This document shows, one piece after another, positions 1-8,906 of a stretch of 64,000 nt of DNA (within the stretch, counting starts at the first letter, position 1; the number at the start of each line of letters is the position of its first letter). The DNA is from Spirochaetia bacterium (GTDB lineage Bacteria > Spirochaetota > Spirochaetia > SZUA-6 > Bin103), in NCBI GenBank assembly GCA_965203905.1, contig CBDBDQ010000005.1:3136001-3200000 (forward strand). Reading direction: 5' to 3'. The position numbers and the translations under genes were made by a program. Below the pieces are notes generated by a model. That model ran no database searches and had not been told where the DNA came from. It was given only the letters and a program-made list of their open reading frames with translations.

Positions 1-1430
1 AGCAGGCGGTTGGCTTCATCCACGTCCTGCACCGTGTAGGCGTTCTCCCAGTCGCTGTCGTAGTAGGGGTCGGTCGCCAACGGCGCCGGCTGCCGCGGAT
101 GGGCTCGACCGAGGAAGAACGCCTCGTTGATCTCGTCGCGGTTGATGGCAAGCGAGAGTGCCACGCGGAAGTCCTTCTCGCGGAACAGCATCCGCAACGG
201 TTCGCTGTGCGGATAGTTCATATTGAAGAAGATGCCCGGCGAGCCGGCGGCGAACTGCCGGATCAGCCCCACCTGGTAGTTGTTGACGCTGGCGTTGGCC
301 ACGTACAGTGCCAGGTCCTTGACGCCGAGGCCGCGGTCGCCGCGGTCGATCTCGCCCGACTGCGCCTTGGCCTTGTACACCTCCACGTCGGAGACCACGT
401 CGACGAACGAGCGGTCCATGTAGGGGAGCTGGTTGCCGGCGGTATCGATCTTCCAGTAGTAGGGATTGCGTTCGAAGATGATCGCCTGATCCACTTCGGT
501 GGTGCGCACCCACGGCCGCAGGGTCGGGACCTCGGGGTCCACCTTCCACGCGTTGCCGCCGCCGTGGAACTGGAACAACTGGTTCCACAGCTCGAAACCG
601 CGGTCCGTGACCATGGCGCTCAAGGTTGCGGCTGCGGCGTGGTCCTCATGGAACTGCTTGAGGTAGTGCGCGGGCCGCCACGGATAGAGCTCGGCACCGC
701 CCGAGAAGAAATTGATGACGAGTGTGTTGGGACCAGAGAACTCGATCTGGAAGGTGTGGTCGTCCACTTTGCGGAACGTCGCCGGATCGCCTCCCGAGGT
801 GAGCTGCGGCGGCGGGCCGCCGGGCGAGAGGTCGTCGTTGAGCTGGATGTCGTTCCACCAGAACAGAATGTCGTCCGTGGTAAAGGGCGCGCCGTCGGAC
901 CACTTCACGCCACGCCGGATGTTGAAGGTGTAAGTGCGGAAGTCCGCGGAGTTGCTCCAACTGGTGGCGATGTAAGGCAGAATCTTGCCGTTGGCGCTGC
1001 CCTGGCGGTACAGCAGGTTACCGTACTGGCCGGCATTGATGGAGTGTTGCGCCTCGCCCACGCCGGTCCCAATTAGACGGAAGGTGCCGCCGTGCTTGCC
1101 GACGTTGTCCAGGGGCACCACCACGTACGGTTCATCCGGAAGGCGCTCCTCGACCGGCGGCAGCTTGCCCGCGTTCACCCGCTCGGTGAGCATGGGTGAC
1201 TCCGCGAACGAGGTGATGTCGTTGCCGGTGGCGGCCTTGTAGTCGGCGATGGTGCTGAACTGCTCGATGTAGTACACGCCGTCGGGCGTCACCGGCCCAC
1301 GTGCCTCCAGCAGGTCGCCGGGTTGTCCGCCGCGGCTCGAGCCGGCGGACTCCGCGTCAGCTCCAGCGAACGCGGCACCGGCAACGACACACGACAACAG
1401 GACGGTGAGCCAATTGATGACAGATCTCAT
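1..1430 (-). CDS. ABC transporter substrate-binding protein, family 5 (peptide/oligosaccharide); runs off the window edge
   Basis: Read manually: ATG at 1430 after AAGGAG; signal peptide MRSVINWLTVLLSCVVAGAAFAG; family motifs GKLPPVEERLP, FTTDDILFWWND, RNPYYWKIDTAGNQLPYMD. Confidence 0.9.
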   Translation of the reverse strand, partial: MRSVINWLTVLLSCVVAGAAFAGADAESAGSSRGGQPGDLLEARGPVTPDGVYYIEQFSTIADYKAATGNDITSFAESPMLTERVNAGKLPPVEERLPDEPYVVVPLDNVGKHGGTFRLIGTGVGEAQHSINAGQYGNLLYRQGSANGKILPYIATSWSNSADFRTYTFNIRRGVKWSDGAPFTTDDILFWWNDIQLNDDLSPGGPPPQLTSGGDPATFRKVDDHTFQIEFSGPNTLVINFFSGGAELYPWRPAHYLKQFHEDHAAAATLSAMVTDRGFELWNQLFQFHGGGNAWKVDPEVPTLRPWVRTTEVDQAIIFERNPYYWKIDTAGNQLPYMDRSFVDVVSDVEVYKAKAQSGEIDRGDRGLGVKDLALYVANASVNNYQVGLIRQFAAGSPGIFFNMNYPHSEPLRMLFREKDFRVALSLAINRDEINEAFFLGRAHPRQPAPLATDPYYDSDWENAYTVQDVDEANRL

Positions 1431-1499
1431 CACGGTCTCTCCTTGCGCTTGTCGCTTGTTATTTGCACGCCGCCCGGGCATGCGAAGCGATAACTGACG

Positions 1500-1558
1500 A
1501 CCGTACTGCGGCCGCCACCATCTGTCAAATGCGCGAATGCTTGAATGCTTGAGTGCCT
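1500..1558 (-). promoter_or_regulatory. sigma70-type promoter for the SBP gene, with upstream 8-bp direct repeats
   Basis: TTGACA (1528-1523), 17 bp spacer, TACGGT (1505-1500); GAATGCTT x2 plus GAGTGCCT at 1535-1558. Confidence 0.6.
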
Positions 1559-1637
1559 GCCCTGCCTGTCCCTTGTCACGTGAGGTCGACAGTATGAGAC
1601 AACCTTCAGGATCGCTTGGCCGCGCTCCTCCCTGCGG

Positions 1638-3188
1638 TCAGGCGCGCTCCGTCTCGAACGCAACGACGTTGCGTTGCTCGCGGCTGTACTCCAAGCCGAT
1701 CAGGTGAATCTCCTTCGCCTCCACACGGTACTTGTCCGCATAGCCCTTGGCCTGCAACTGCGCCAGCGCCGAGCCTTCCGGCGCCTGCTCGACCACCTTG
1801 AACTCGAACAGGTACACGGCGCCGGCAAACCGGACCGCCAGGTCGGCGCGCCCCCGACTACTCGCATCCTCGACCGTGATGTCCAGCCCCACCGCCGCCA
1901 ACCAGGCATAGAATACGCTCGCGTAGTACCCCTCGTAGCGGGCGCTCTCGTTGCGCGTGTGCCACTCGTAGGGAATGCCGGCGAACAGACCGCGCACCAA
2001 CTCCTCGATCCCCGCGAAGTCGTTCGTGCCGAGCCGCTCCGCCAGCCTCAGGTCGGGGCGCCGGCCTGCGCACTCCGGCGGCGTCAGGGCCGCCAGCAGG
2101 CTCCGGTTCAGGCTGCGGCGCACCTCGTAGTTCGGGTAACCCAGCCGATACAGGGCGCTGCCGTCGAACGCTTGTTCCTCCCCGAGGATCGTCAGGTAGC
2201 CGCTCTGGAACAGCAGCGCCTCCGGCGCCACGTCCTTTACGTCGAACTTCGACAGCAGATCGTCATCACTGCGCAGGCCGTCCAGCGAAGTGATGTCCAC
2301 GCGCCGTTGCAGCAGCGTCTCGACCAGGAACGCGGGGGTGCCGGTCTCGAACCAGTAAGGGCGGAAGCGGCGGCTGCGGAATAGCTGCAGGAGGTCGAAG
2401 GGGTTGTACACCGGCTCCTCGCCCAGCCAGCGGTACCCGTTGTACCAGCGGCGGATCTGGTCCCGGTCCAGGCCGGGCAGTTCCGGTGCGAATACCCTGT
2501 CCAGGTCGGCCTCCGTGTAGCCGCAGATCGCGGAGTACACGGAGTCGAGCGTGATGTCGATGGGGTTGTTGGCTCCTGAGAACAGGCTGACCTTGCTGAA
2601 CTTGCTCACTCCGGTCAGGAAGCTGAACTTGAGGTAGGCGTCGCTGGTCTTGGTAACCGAGTACAGGCCGGCCAGATAGTCGCGGTTGGCTTCCGCCACT
2701 TCCGGCCACTTCAGCGCGTCCAGGATCGGCTTGTCGTACTCGTCCACCAGCACCACCGCGCGCTGGCCGGAACCACGGTGCAACGCCGCGATCAGCCAGG
2801 CAAGCCGCTCCGGGGCGGTGGCGTAGCCGGAGCGGAGCCCTGTCCTCTCTTCAATGGCGTCCAGTTGCGCCATGACGTTGGCGTGCAGACCTCCCGGCTC
2901 GCGGAAGTGGCCGGTACCGAAGTCGAGCCGCACCACCGGATGGCGCACCGACCAGTCGGGCCACGTGTCGTGCACGGCCAGCCCGCGGAACAGCGGCTCG
3001 TTGCCCTCGAACAGCTCCTTGAGGGTATCCACGAACAGGCTCTTCCCGAACCGCCGGGGCCGCGACAGGAAGTAGTGCTTGCCTTCGTCGACCAGCCGTT
3101 GCGCGTAGGCGGTCTTGTCGACGTAGTAGTGGCTCTCCTCGCGAATCTCGCGGAAGGTCTGAATGCCCAGCGGAAGCTTGCGTTTCAT
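1638..3188 (-). CDS. AAA-ATPase-like protein with C-terminal PD-(D/E)XK nuclease domain
   Basis: MKRKLPLGIQTF start, YYVDKT, Walker A SRPRRFGKS, Walker B VLVDEYDKP, C-terminal GRADL...FEFK...QLQAKGYADKY. Confidence 0.9.
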   Translation of the reverse strand: MKRKLPLGIQTFREIREESHYYVDKTAYAQRLVDEGKHYFLSRPRRFGKSLFVDTLKELFEGNEPLFRGLAVHDTWPDWSVRHPVVRLDFGTGHFREPGGLHANVMAQLDAIEERTGLRSGYATAPERLAWLIAALHRGSGQRAVVLVDEYDKPILDALKWPEVAEANRDYLAGLYSVTKTSDAYLKFSFLTGVSKFSKVSLFSGANNPIDITLDSVYSAICGYTEADLDRVFAPELPGLDRDQIRRWYNGYRWLGEEPVYNPFDLLQLFRSRRFRPYWFETGTPAFLVETLLQRRVDITSLDGLRSDDDLLSKFDVKDVAPEALLFQSGYLTILGEEQAFDGSALYRLGYPNYEVRRSLNRSLLAALTPPECAGRRPDLRLAERLGTNDFAGIEELVRGLFAGIPYEWHTRNESARYEGYYASVFYAWLAAVGLDITVEDASSRGRADLAVRFAGAVYLFEFKVVEQAPEGSALAQLQAKGYADKYRVEAKEIHLIGLEYSREQRNVVAFETERA

Positions 3189-3207
3189 CGTCGTCTGCGG
3201 ACGACGG

Positions 3208-4101
3208 CTAGGCGGATGGTGGGGCGTCCTCGACGCCGAACTTGGCGAAGAAGTGCTGTGCGGTCTGGTAGCAGCGGGTGGCGGCAGCACGTACGCTGAG
3301 GCCCTGGACGCTCTTGGTATCGGGCGGCACCCCGGGCATGAACGGACCGTCGTAATCGACTTCCACCAGGTAGGTCATGAAGGCGTCCAGATCGATCACC
3401 CCGTCGCCGGCAAACTCCCGTTCCCAGTCCTGGTAGTCGGCCGGGGCCACTCCCGCGGGAGCATCGCAGAAGTGGATGTAGGTGACCATTCCGGGCGGCA
3501 GCGCGCGCAGGTCCGCGAGGGTCTCGCCGGAGGCGTGCCAGTGCCAGCTATCGAGCAGAATGCCGACGTTGTCCTGGCCGATGGCGTCGATCAGCTCCAC
3601 CAACTGCGCCATGGTGTGGATGAACTCATGGTTCTTGCCTGCCCGCAGCGAAGACGGTCCCATCCACTCCAATGACAGGCTGATGCCGAACTCCCTCGCG
3701 AGCTTCGCCACCGGCTGCAGGCGGCTCACGTGCCAGTCGAAGTTCTCCCGATAGTCGCGGCTGTCCGACCAGGAGTGCAGGAAGGTGAAGATGCGCGGAC
3801 AGCCGATGCCGCGGCTCACCTTGCACAGCAGTGGCAACTTCTCCAACAACCCGCGGTGTTCGGCATCGCTTCCGCGCCAGGTCTCGGTGAGCTGCCACCC
3901 GGCCGGGACCACGTTGCGGCGTGCAAACCGGTCGCGCAGGTGGTCGATCCCGTGGCTTTGGTAGATCTCCAGCATGGTATCGCGCACGCCCAGGTCGAGA
4001 TCCATTCCCCGATAGCCGATCGATGCCGCCAGCTCGATGTCCTCGTCGAAGCTCATCTCCCAGCCACCCTTGAATTCCCATACGGTCACTACCGAAAACA
4101 T
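3208..4101 (-). CDS. Sugar phosphate isomerase/epimerase (xylose isomerase-like TIM barrel)
   Basis: LSLEW, LLDSWHW, YIHFCD, GDGVID metal-binding motifs. Confidence 0.85.
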   Translation of the reverse strand: MFSVVTVWEFKGGWEMSFDEDIELAASIGYRGMDLDLGVRDTMLEIYQSHGIDHLRDRFARRNVVPAGWQLTETWRGSDAEHRGLLEKLPLLCKVSRGIGCPRIFTFLHSWSDSRDYRENFDWHVSRLQPVAKLAREFGISLSLEWMGPSSLRAGKNHEFIHTMAQLVELIDAIGQDNVGILLDSWHWHASGETLADLRALPPGMVTYIHFCDAPAGVAPADYQDWEREFAGDGVIDLDAFMTYLVEVDYDGPFMPGVPPDTKSVQGLSVRAAATRCYQTAQHFFAKFGVEDAPPSA

Positions 4102-4103
4102 CT

Positions 4104-5222
4104 CTAAGTCCTCCCGTCGTTGTTCGACCGGCGGTCGCCGGCCAATGCATTCGCATGCAGCCGCGTAAGGATCGCGCCGACATCCGGGTCTTGCGCCAAC
4201 GGCAGCGCCACGGCACGGTGGCTGTCCGCCGCCTGGTAGAAGGCCACCACCGCTTCAATCGAACGCAGGCCGTCGTTGCCGTCGGGCCGGAATCGATCTC
4301 CTGAACTGACGCAGCGCACAAATTCGTCGATCATCTGCTTGTACTGGTAGCGCGCGAAATTCAGCGTCGACACCTGCATGATGCGCCACTCGCGGGCGGA
4401 ATTGTTCCACACGTGCACGCCCGGCAGTTCGAAGCGCAGGTTGCCGAACGCCTTCACCGTCCCGTTGCGGCCATAGACCCAGAACTCCTCAATGTGGCCA
4501 TTATAGTCGAACGGCCCGATCCAACTGGTCTCCACCAGCGCCTGCAACCCCGAGTCGGTGTGCAGCGTGGCAACCGCGTGCTCTTCCACTTCGAGGCGGT
4601 CGGGATTGAAGAGCTGCATCGAGCCCTGCACCGACCGCAACTCGGTGTCGAGGGTCCAGGGAATGAGGTCCAGGAAGTGGGACCCGACATCCTGGAACAC
4701 CCCGCCGCCGGTGTAGCGCCTGGTGCGAAACCCGCTCCATTCCACCGTGGCGACCCAGTGGATGCGCACGAACAGAGGCTCGCCGATCTCGCCATCGCGG
4801 ATCAGCTTGCGCGCGAGGCGAAACTCCTCGCTGAAGCGCTTGTCCAGGGCGATGCCGAGCATTCGGCCACTGGCGCTCGCGGCGTCGATCATCCGCCGGC
4901 AGTCCGCCGGGGTGGGCGCCATCGGCTTTTCGCACAGCACGTCGCAGCCGGCCGCGAGACAGCGCATGGTGTGGGCGGCGTGCAGGTGCACCGGGGTAGC
5001 GACGCTGACCAGGCGCGGCCGTTCGCGTTCCAGCATCGTGTCCAGGTCCTGGTACGGACGGCCACCCCACTGCGCCGCCGCATCCGCAGCACGCCCGGGA
5101 TCGGCGTCGACCAGCCCCGCCAGTTCTACTTCTGGATGGGTTGCGTACCAGGCAATGTGATTGTAGACGCCGGCCCCGCCGCATCCCACCACGGCGGCCC
5201 GCACCCGTTCGCCGTCACCCAT
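4104..5222 (-). CDS. Gfo/Idh/MocA family oxidoreductase
   Basis: VVGCGGAG Rossmann motif, CEKPMA, GGGVFQDVGSHFLD; start set at ATG 5222, just downstream of a TATGGT -10. Confidence 0.9.
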   Translation of the reverse strand: MGDGERVRAAVVGCGGAGVYNHIAWYATHPEVELAGLVDADPGRAADAAAQWGGRPYQDLDTMLERERPRLVSVATPVHLHAAHTMRCLAAGCDVLCEKPMAPTPADCRRMIDAASASGRMLGIALDKRFSEEFRLARKLIRDGEIGEPLFVRIHWVATVEWSGFRTRRYTGGGVFQDVGSHFLDLIPWTLDTELRSVQGSMQLFNPDRLEVEEHAVATLHTDSGLQALVETSWIGPFDYNGHIEEFWVYGRNGTVKAFGNLRFELPGVHVWNNSAREWRIMQVSTLNFARYQYKQMIDEFVRCVSSGDRFRPDGNDGLRSIEAVVAFYQAADSHRAVALPLAQDPDVGAILTRLHANALAGDRRSNNDGRT

Positions 5223-5254
5223 GACCGCGTCCACCATACCACCGCACCGTTCTT

Positions 5255-5323
5255 GCGGCCACGCCTGAAGCGATTCCGCTGACCGAAGCGCAGTGCGCGG
5301 AACTGGACCGACGGCTGGACGAC
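5255..5323 (+). pseudogene. 69-bp internal fragment of the addiction-module antitoxin found intact at 8907-9128
   Basis: 68/69 nt identical to 8988-9056 by manual alignment. Confidence 0.9.
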
Positions 5324-5337
5324 CCTCCTGACATCGC

Positions 5338-5532
5338 CTACTGCTGGTAGGGGGCCGCCGCATCGCGGAGACCATCGCACTTCAGCTTTGGCCCCGGATT
5401 CAATACTATACGACTAGATTCCCGTTCATGTTTGCGGAGCGCTTGAGCAATGCGCCCGAGATCATTGCCATGTTCTGCGGCGTGGGCTCTACGATGTCGT
5501 CTGATCTCTTCAACAATGGGGTCTTCAATCAT
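5338..5532 (-). CDS. Small putative antitoxin downstream of the PIN-domain gene
   Basis: MIEDPIVEEIRRHR...HGNDL pattern typical of partners of this PIN family; start overlaps the PIN stop. Confidence 0.7.
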   Translation of the reverse strand: MIEDPIVEEIRRHRRAHAAEHGNDLGRIAQALRKHERESSRIVLNPGPKLKCDGLRDAAAPYQQ

Positions 5533-5785
5533 CTGAGGTTCCTCCGAGCTCATCCGGCGAACAGATCTGTGGACATACAAAACCACGTGATTCAATCACT
5601 TCCGCAATAGCTGACTTCGTTTCAGCATTGTTGATATGACGAAAGTTCCAAGTCAGAAGGTAATCAGACCCCTGTGCGACAGCGATCGCGATGTGCAACG
5701 CATCCTCCTCACTTCCGACCGGAATAGCTCCATCGGATGCCAAGTAGCTCACTATCGATGACTCGATGTAGACCGACGGTTTCAT
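5525..5785 (-). pseudogene. PIN-domain (VapC-like) toxin with in-frame internal deletion
   Basis: N-terminus MKPSVYIESSIVSYLAS joined directly to C-terminal GAIP..EDALHIAIA...YLLTWNFRHINN...ICSPDEL; 86 aa versus about 150 aa recalled for this family. Confidence 0.75.
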
Positions 5786-5844
5786 GGATCAGCCTCGCGC
5801 AGAGGGAAAGAAACAGTAGCGCCGCTGTGTACCGGTGGCTGTTG

Positions 5845-5915
5845 GCATCCCGCCATGGCGGCCCGCAGCCGCTCCCCGTCACCCAAGACCGCGCTCTCAC
5901 TATACCACCGCACCG
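5845..5915 (-). repeat. Degenerate direct-repeat copy of the promoter and 5' end of the oxidoreductase (5181-5249)
   Basis: About 62/71 identities by manual alignment; ATG changed to TTG; -10 TATGGT changed to TATAGT. Confidence 0.85.
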
Positions 5916-5941
5916 CGGCCGCCATGTGTGCCACCGACCGG

Positions 5942-6190
5942 GCTAAGACGAAGTTGGTCGAGCGGGTGGGCGAATGCCAATAGCGGTACCTGCAGGGAGG
6001 CCGCAAGCAAGTGCTTGAGGAAGGTCGGGAGCACGGTGTCGAGCCGCAACGGATACTGCTCTGACGGATGGCGGCGTCGCGCTTCGGTGCGGATATCGCC
6101 GCTACCTGGCCAGCGTCTTGGCGCGCCGATCGTTGAGCCGGAACGTCTTGCCGAGGTAGGTGAGTGGCTGGTGCGCTGCGAGCGTAGCTT
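5942..6190 (+). pseudogene. Degraded C-terminal remnant of an Rpn/YhgA-like (recombination-promoting nuclease) gene
   Basis: LVERVGECQ*RYLQGGRKQVLEEGREHGVEPQRILL*RMAASRFGADIA, then frameshifted PIVEPERLAEVGEWLVRCE; stops at 5981 and 6062. Confidence 0.65.
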
Positions 6191-6490
6191 TGAAGGCGGG
6201 ACTGGTGGAGAAGAGATCGGGGACGATGGCACCCACCAAGTAGATACGCACAGTACGAAGGCGCCGGCGATGGCGAGCTTGTGCTTCTTGAACTTGTGCG
6301 CCATCAGCGTCCAACTGGACGCAACGAACGACTCCTCCAGTCTGCTGGCCTCCCGATCTTCGCTGATGAGCTCGCTTATCCGGTATACCTCTGCCCAGCT
6401 CAGTGCCGTTCGAAGCGGATCCTGGGGTCCACGACGATCAGCAGAATATCGGAGATGAACGTCCCTAAGACCCCGAGCGCCCCGATCAGC
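6190..6490 (-). pseudogene. Remnant junction of two DppB/DppC-type ABC permease genes
   Basis: DppB-type end LGVLGTFISDILLIVVDPRIRF (stop at 6400), then DppC-type start FVASSWTLMAHKFKKHKLAIAG with lost start codon (ATA), frameshift and truncation. Confidence 0.8.
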
Positions 6491-6567
6491 GCCGGCCACT
6501 GTCCGGTTCCCGCGCTAACTTGACCGCACCTGGGATCGCGCTTACTGTCTCGAAAGCCGGAGGATTC

Positions 6568-7800
6568 ATGAGTACCGTAATGATGGAAGAGGCGCAACTC
6601 GACCGGGAACTGCGCCGGTTGTTCGGGTCGCAGGCGCTCAGCGAGGGACCGCTGGCCGCCAGCGGCGCCGGGCGGCGTCTTCTCGGCATCGACTTGCGGC
6701 AGCGGCTCGGGCCGGAGCAGGTTTCTCTGCTGGTCGATGCGCTGAGCCGGTTCCGTATCCTGTGCCTCCCGGGGCAGGACCTGGCCTCGTTTTCGTTGTC
6801 CGACTTCGAGCGCTTCGCCAACCACTGGGGCGCACCGGTACCGCATCCGAGCAACTTCCTGCGCGGCGGCAAGCCCGCCCAGTCGGACGGCGCTACGTCC
6901 GGCAAGATCGAGGTGATGCCGTTCGTGCAGCGCAAGGCGGCCAAGGTGAACGCGGCGTTCCCGAACCAACTCCAGTGCCTGCCGCACGAGTCGCCGGCGG
7001 TCCTGGTGGTCGCCAACTTCCAGGGCAACGGCGCTGCGCGTCGGGATGGCGTCAGCACCGGCATGGGCGGCTCCTGGCATACCGACATCGAGTACGAGCC
7101 GCTGCCGATATACGTCTCGATGTTTCTCGTCCACCACATGCCGGTGCGGCGCGATGCGCCGGGCGGCACCTGGGTGCAACCCCTGGATCTGTCCGGCGAG
7201 CCCGATCCGAGCCCCTACTTCGGGGGCTCTGACCCGGAGTTGATCCGGCTGCGCAAGACGCTCCCAGTGAACGGCGAGACCGCGTTCGCGGATGCCGCCG
7301 GGGCGTTCGCGGCGCTGCCGCCGGAGCGGCAGGCGCTGCTGGAGCAGACGCGGGTTAGGCGCCGGCTGAACGAAGGCGACGAGGGCTGGCTGGCGCCGCT
7401 GGTCCGTACCAACCCGCGCTCTGGAATCAAGTCGCTGCACAGCCCAATCTGGGCTTCGCGGCCCGGAGTGCGCCCGGCGATCGAGGTCGACGGCATGTCG
7501 AGCGAGGAGTCGCGGGCCTTTCTCGACGAGCTGGAGGCGCACGTGCTGCAACCGCAGTTCCGCTACGACCACCTGCACGTGCCCGGCGACGTGACGCTGT
7601 GGGACAACTACATGACCCTGCACAACACGCCGCTGCTGAAGAGGAACATCGACTCGATCGACGATGCGCGCCTGCTCTACCGCCTGAGTTGCAAGGGCGA
7701 ACCGGCGCTGACCCTGCCGCGCAATGACCCGCCGGAGTGGATCGCCGCGCACATCAACGCCGGCTACACCACTCCCCCCGCGGTCATCGACGCAACCTGA
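6568..7800 (+). CDS. TauD/TfdA family Fe(II)/2-oxoglutarate dioxygenase
   Basis: GGAGG RBS; WHTDIEY (HxD), GETAFAD, GDVTLWDNYMTLH, RLLYR. Confidence 0.88.
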   Translation: MSTVMMEEAQLDRELRRLFGSQALSEGPLAASGAGRRLLGIDLRQRLGPEQVSLLVDALSRFRILCLPGQDLASFSLSDFERFANHWGAPVPHPSNFLRGGKPAQSDGATSGKIEVMPFVQRKAAKVNAAFPNQLQCLPHESPAVLVVANFQGNGAARRDGVSTGMGGSWHTDIEYEPLPIYVSMFLVHHMPVRRDAPGGTWVQPLDLSGEPDPSPYFGGSDPELIRLRKTLPVNGETAFADAAGAFAALPPERQALLEQTRVRRRLNEGDEGWLAPLVRTNPRSGIKSLHSPIWASRPGVRPAIEVDGMSSEESRAFLDELEAHVLQPQFRYDHLHVPGDVTLWDNYMTLHNTPLLKRNIDSIDDARLLYRLSCKGEPALTLPRNDPPEWIAAHINAGYTTPPAVIDAT

Positions 7801-7902
7801 GCCCGGCGACAGGTCTGGCCCGCCGATCCCGCTGACTTGCTGGGCTGGTTGCTGCCGCCTACAAACCTCCTATAGTGGCGGGTTGACAACTTCACCTGAC
7901 GA

Positions 7903-8775
7903 GGAGGGAGACACGAGAATCCAGTCTCTCTGGTATGCACCGTGCTGTTACTTGGCGTTCCGTTCGCGTTGTTCGCAGGCACCCAGGAGGAGTCGTCCGC
8001 TGCTCCGCAGCCATGAGTATCGCCTGCTGGGGCTGTTCCCCACCCGGGTGCACCTGTTCGGGGTGGAGCGGCCGGGCGTGGTGGCGCTGTTCGGCACGGA
8101 CCACCTGGGGCGCGACATCTTCTCCCGCACCCTGATCGCCACCAGGATCTCGTGCTCCATCGGCCTGGTGAGCATCTGCATCAGTCTGCTGCTGGGGCTG
8201 GTGATCGGAGCGATCTCCGGCCTGTTCGGCGGGGTCGCCGACCTGCTCATCCAGAAGGTGATCGAGGTGCTGGCGTCGATTCCGGGCATTCCGCTGTGGC
8301 TGGGCCTGGCCGCCGCCTTTCCCAGGCACTGGTCGGCGCTGATGGTGTACTTCGCCATTACCGTGGTGCTGTCGCTGCAGGGCTGGATCGGCGTGGCGCG
8401 CGTGGTGCGCGGCAAGTTCCTGTCCCTCAAGGAGGAGGATTACATCATGGCGGCCCGCAACTTCGGCGCCGGAAGCTGGCACGTCATCGTGCGCCACATG
8501 ATCCCCAACTTCATGAGCTACGTGATCGTGAGCGTGACCCCCTGTCGATCCCGAGCATGATCATCGGCGAGACCGCACTGAGCTTTCTCGGCATCGGGCT
8601 GCGGCCGCCCATCGTAAGCTGGGGCGTGCTGCTGCAGGCCGCCCAGAACCTGCACTCCATCGTCGACTATCCCTGGACCCTGATACCCGCGCTGTTCGTG
8701 ATCGCCATCGTGCTGGCCTTCAACTTCGCCGGCGACGGGCTGCGCGACGCCGCCGATCCGTACAGCCGCACCTGA
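7903..8775 (+). pseudogene. Collapsed ABC operon: SBP signal-peptide remnant fused to the C-terminal half of a DppC-type permease (frameshift near 8540)
   Basis: AGGAGG followed by ACG (lost ATG); LVCTVLLLGVPFALFAGTQEE; then LFGTDHLGRDIFSRTL...RHMIPN / SIPSMIIGETALSFLGIG...GDGLRDAADPY in a shifted frame. Confidence 0.8.
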
Positions 8776-8797
8776 CACCGCCGGCCGGCGAGGCCGT

Positions 8798-8860
8798 CGG
8801 ATCAGCGTGCACGCGATGCGAAACTCCTCGCTGAAGCGCCTGTCCAGGGCGACGCCGAGC
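8798..8860 (-). repeat. Internal fragment copy of the oxidoreductase gene (4798-4860)
   Basis: 58/63 nt identical; LGVALDRRFSEEFRIACTLIR versus LGIALDKRFSEEFRLARKLIR. Confidence 0.9.
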
Positions 8861-8906
8861 CAACAACTGCAGCTCCGAGGGCTGGGGGGCAGGATATACT
8901 GCCGGC

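Noticed and set aside
99-1076. 325-aa plus-strand ORF, and many similar long antisense ORFs (e.g. 16854-18509, 23579-25891, 45638-47674, 59819-61648)
   Set aside because: Shadow ORFs opposite well-supported genes in high-GC DNA; no recognisable motifs
4798-8860. Repeat copies exactly 4000 bp apart, suggesting an assembly artefact
   Set aside because: The copies differ at five positions and the antitoxin copies have a different offset, so the round number is probably coincidence; read support is still unverified
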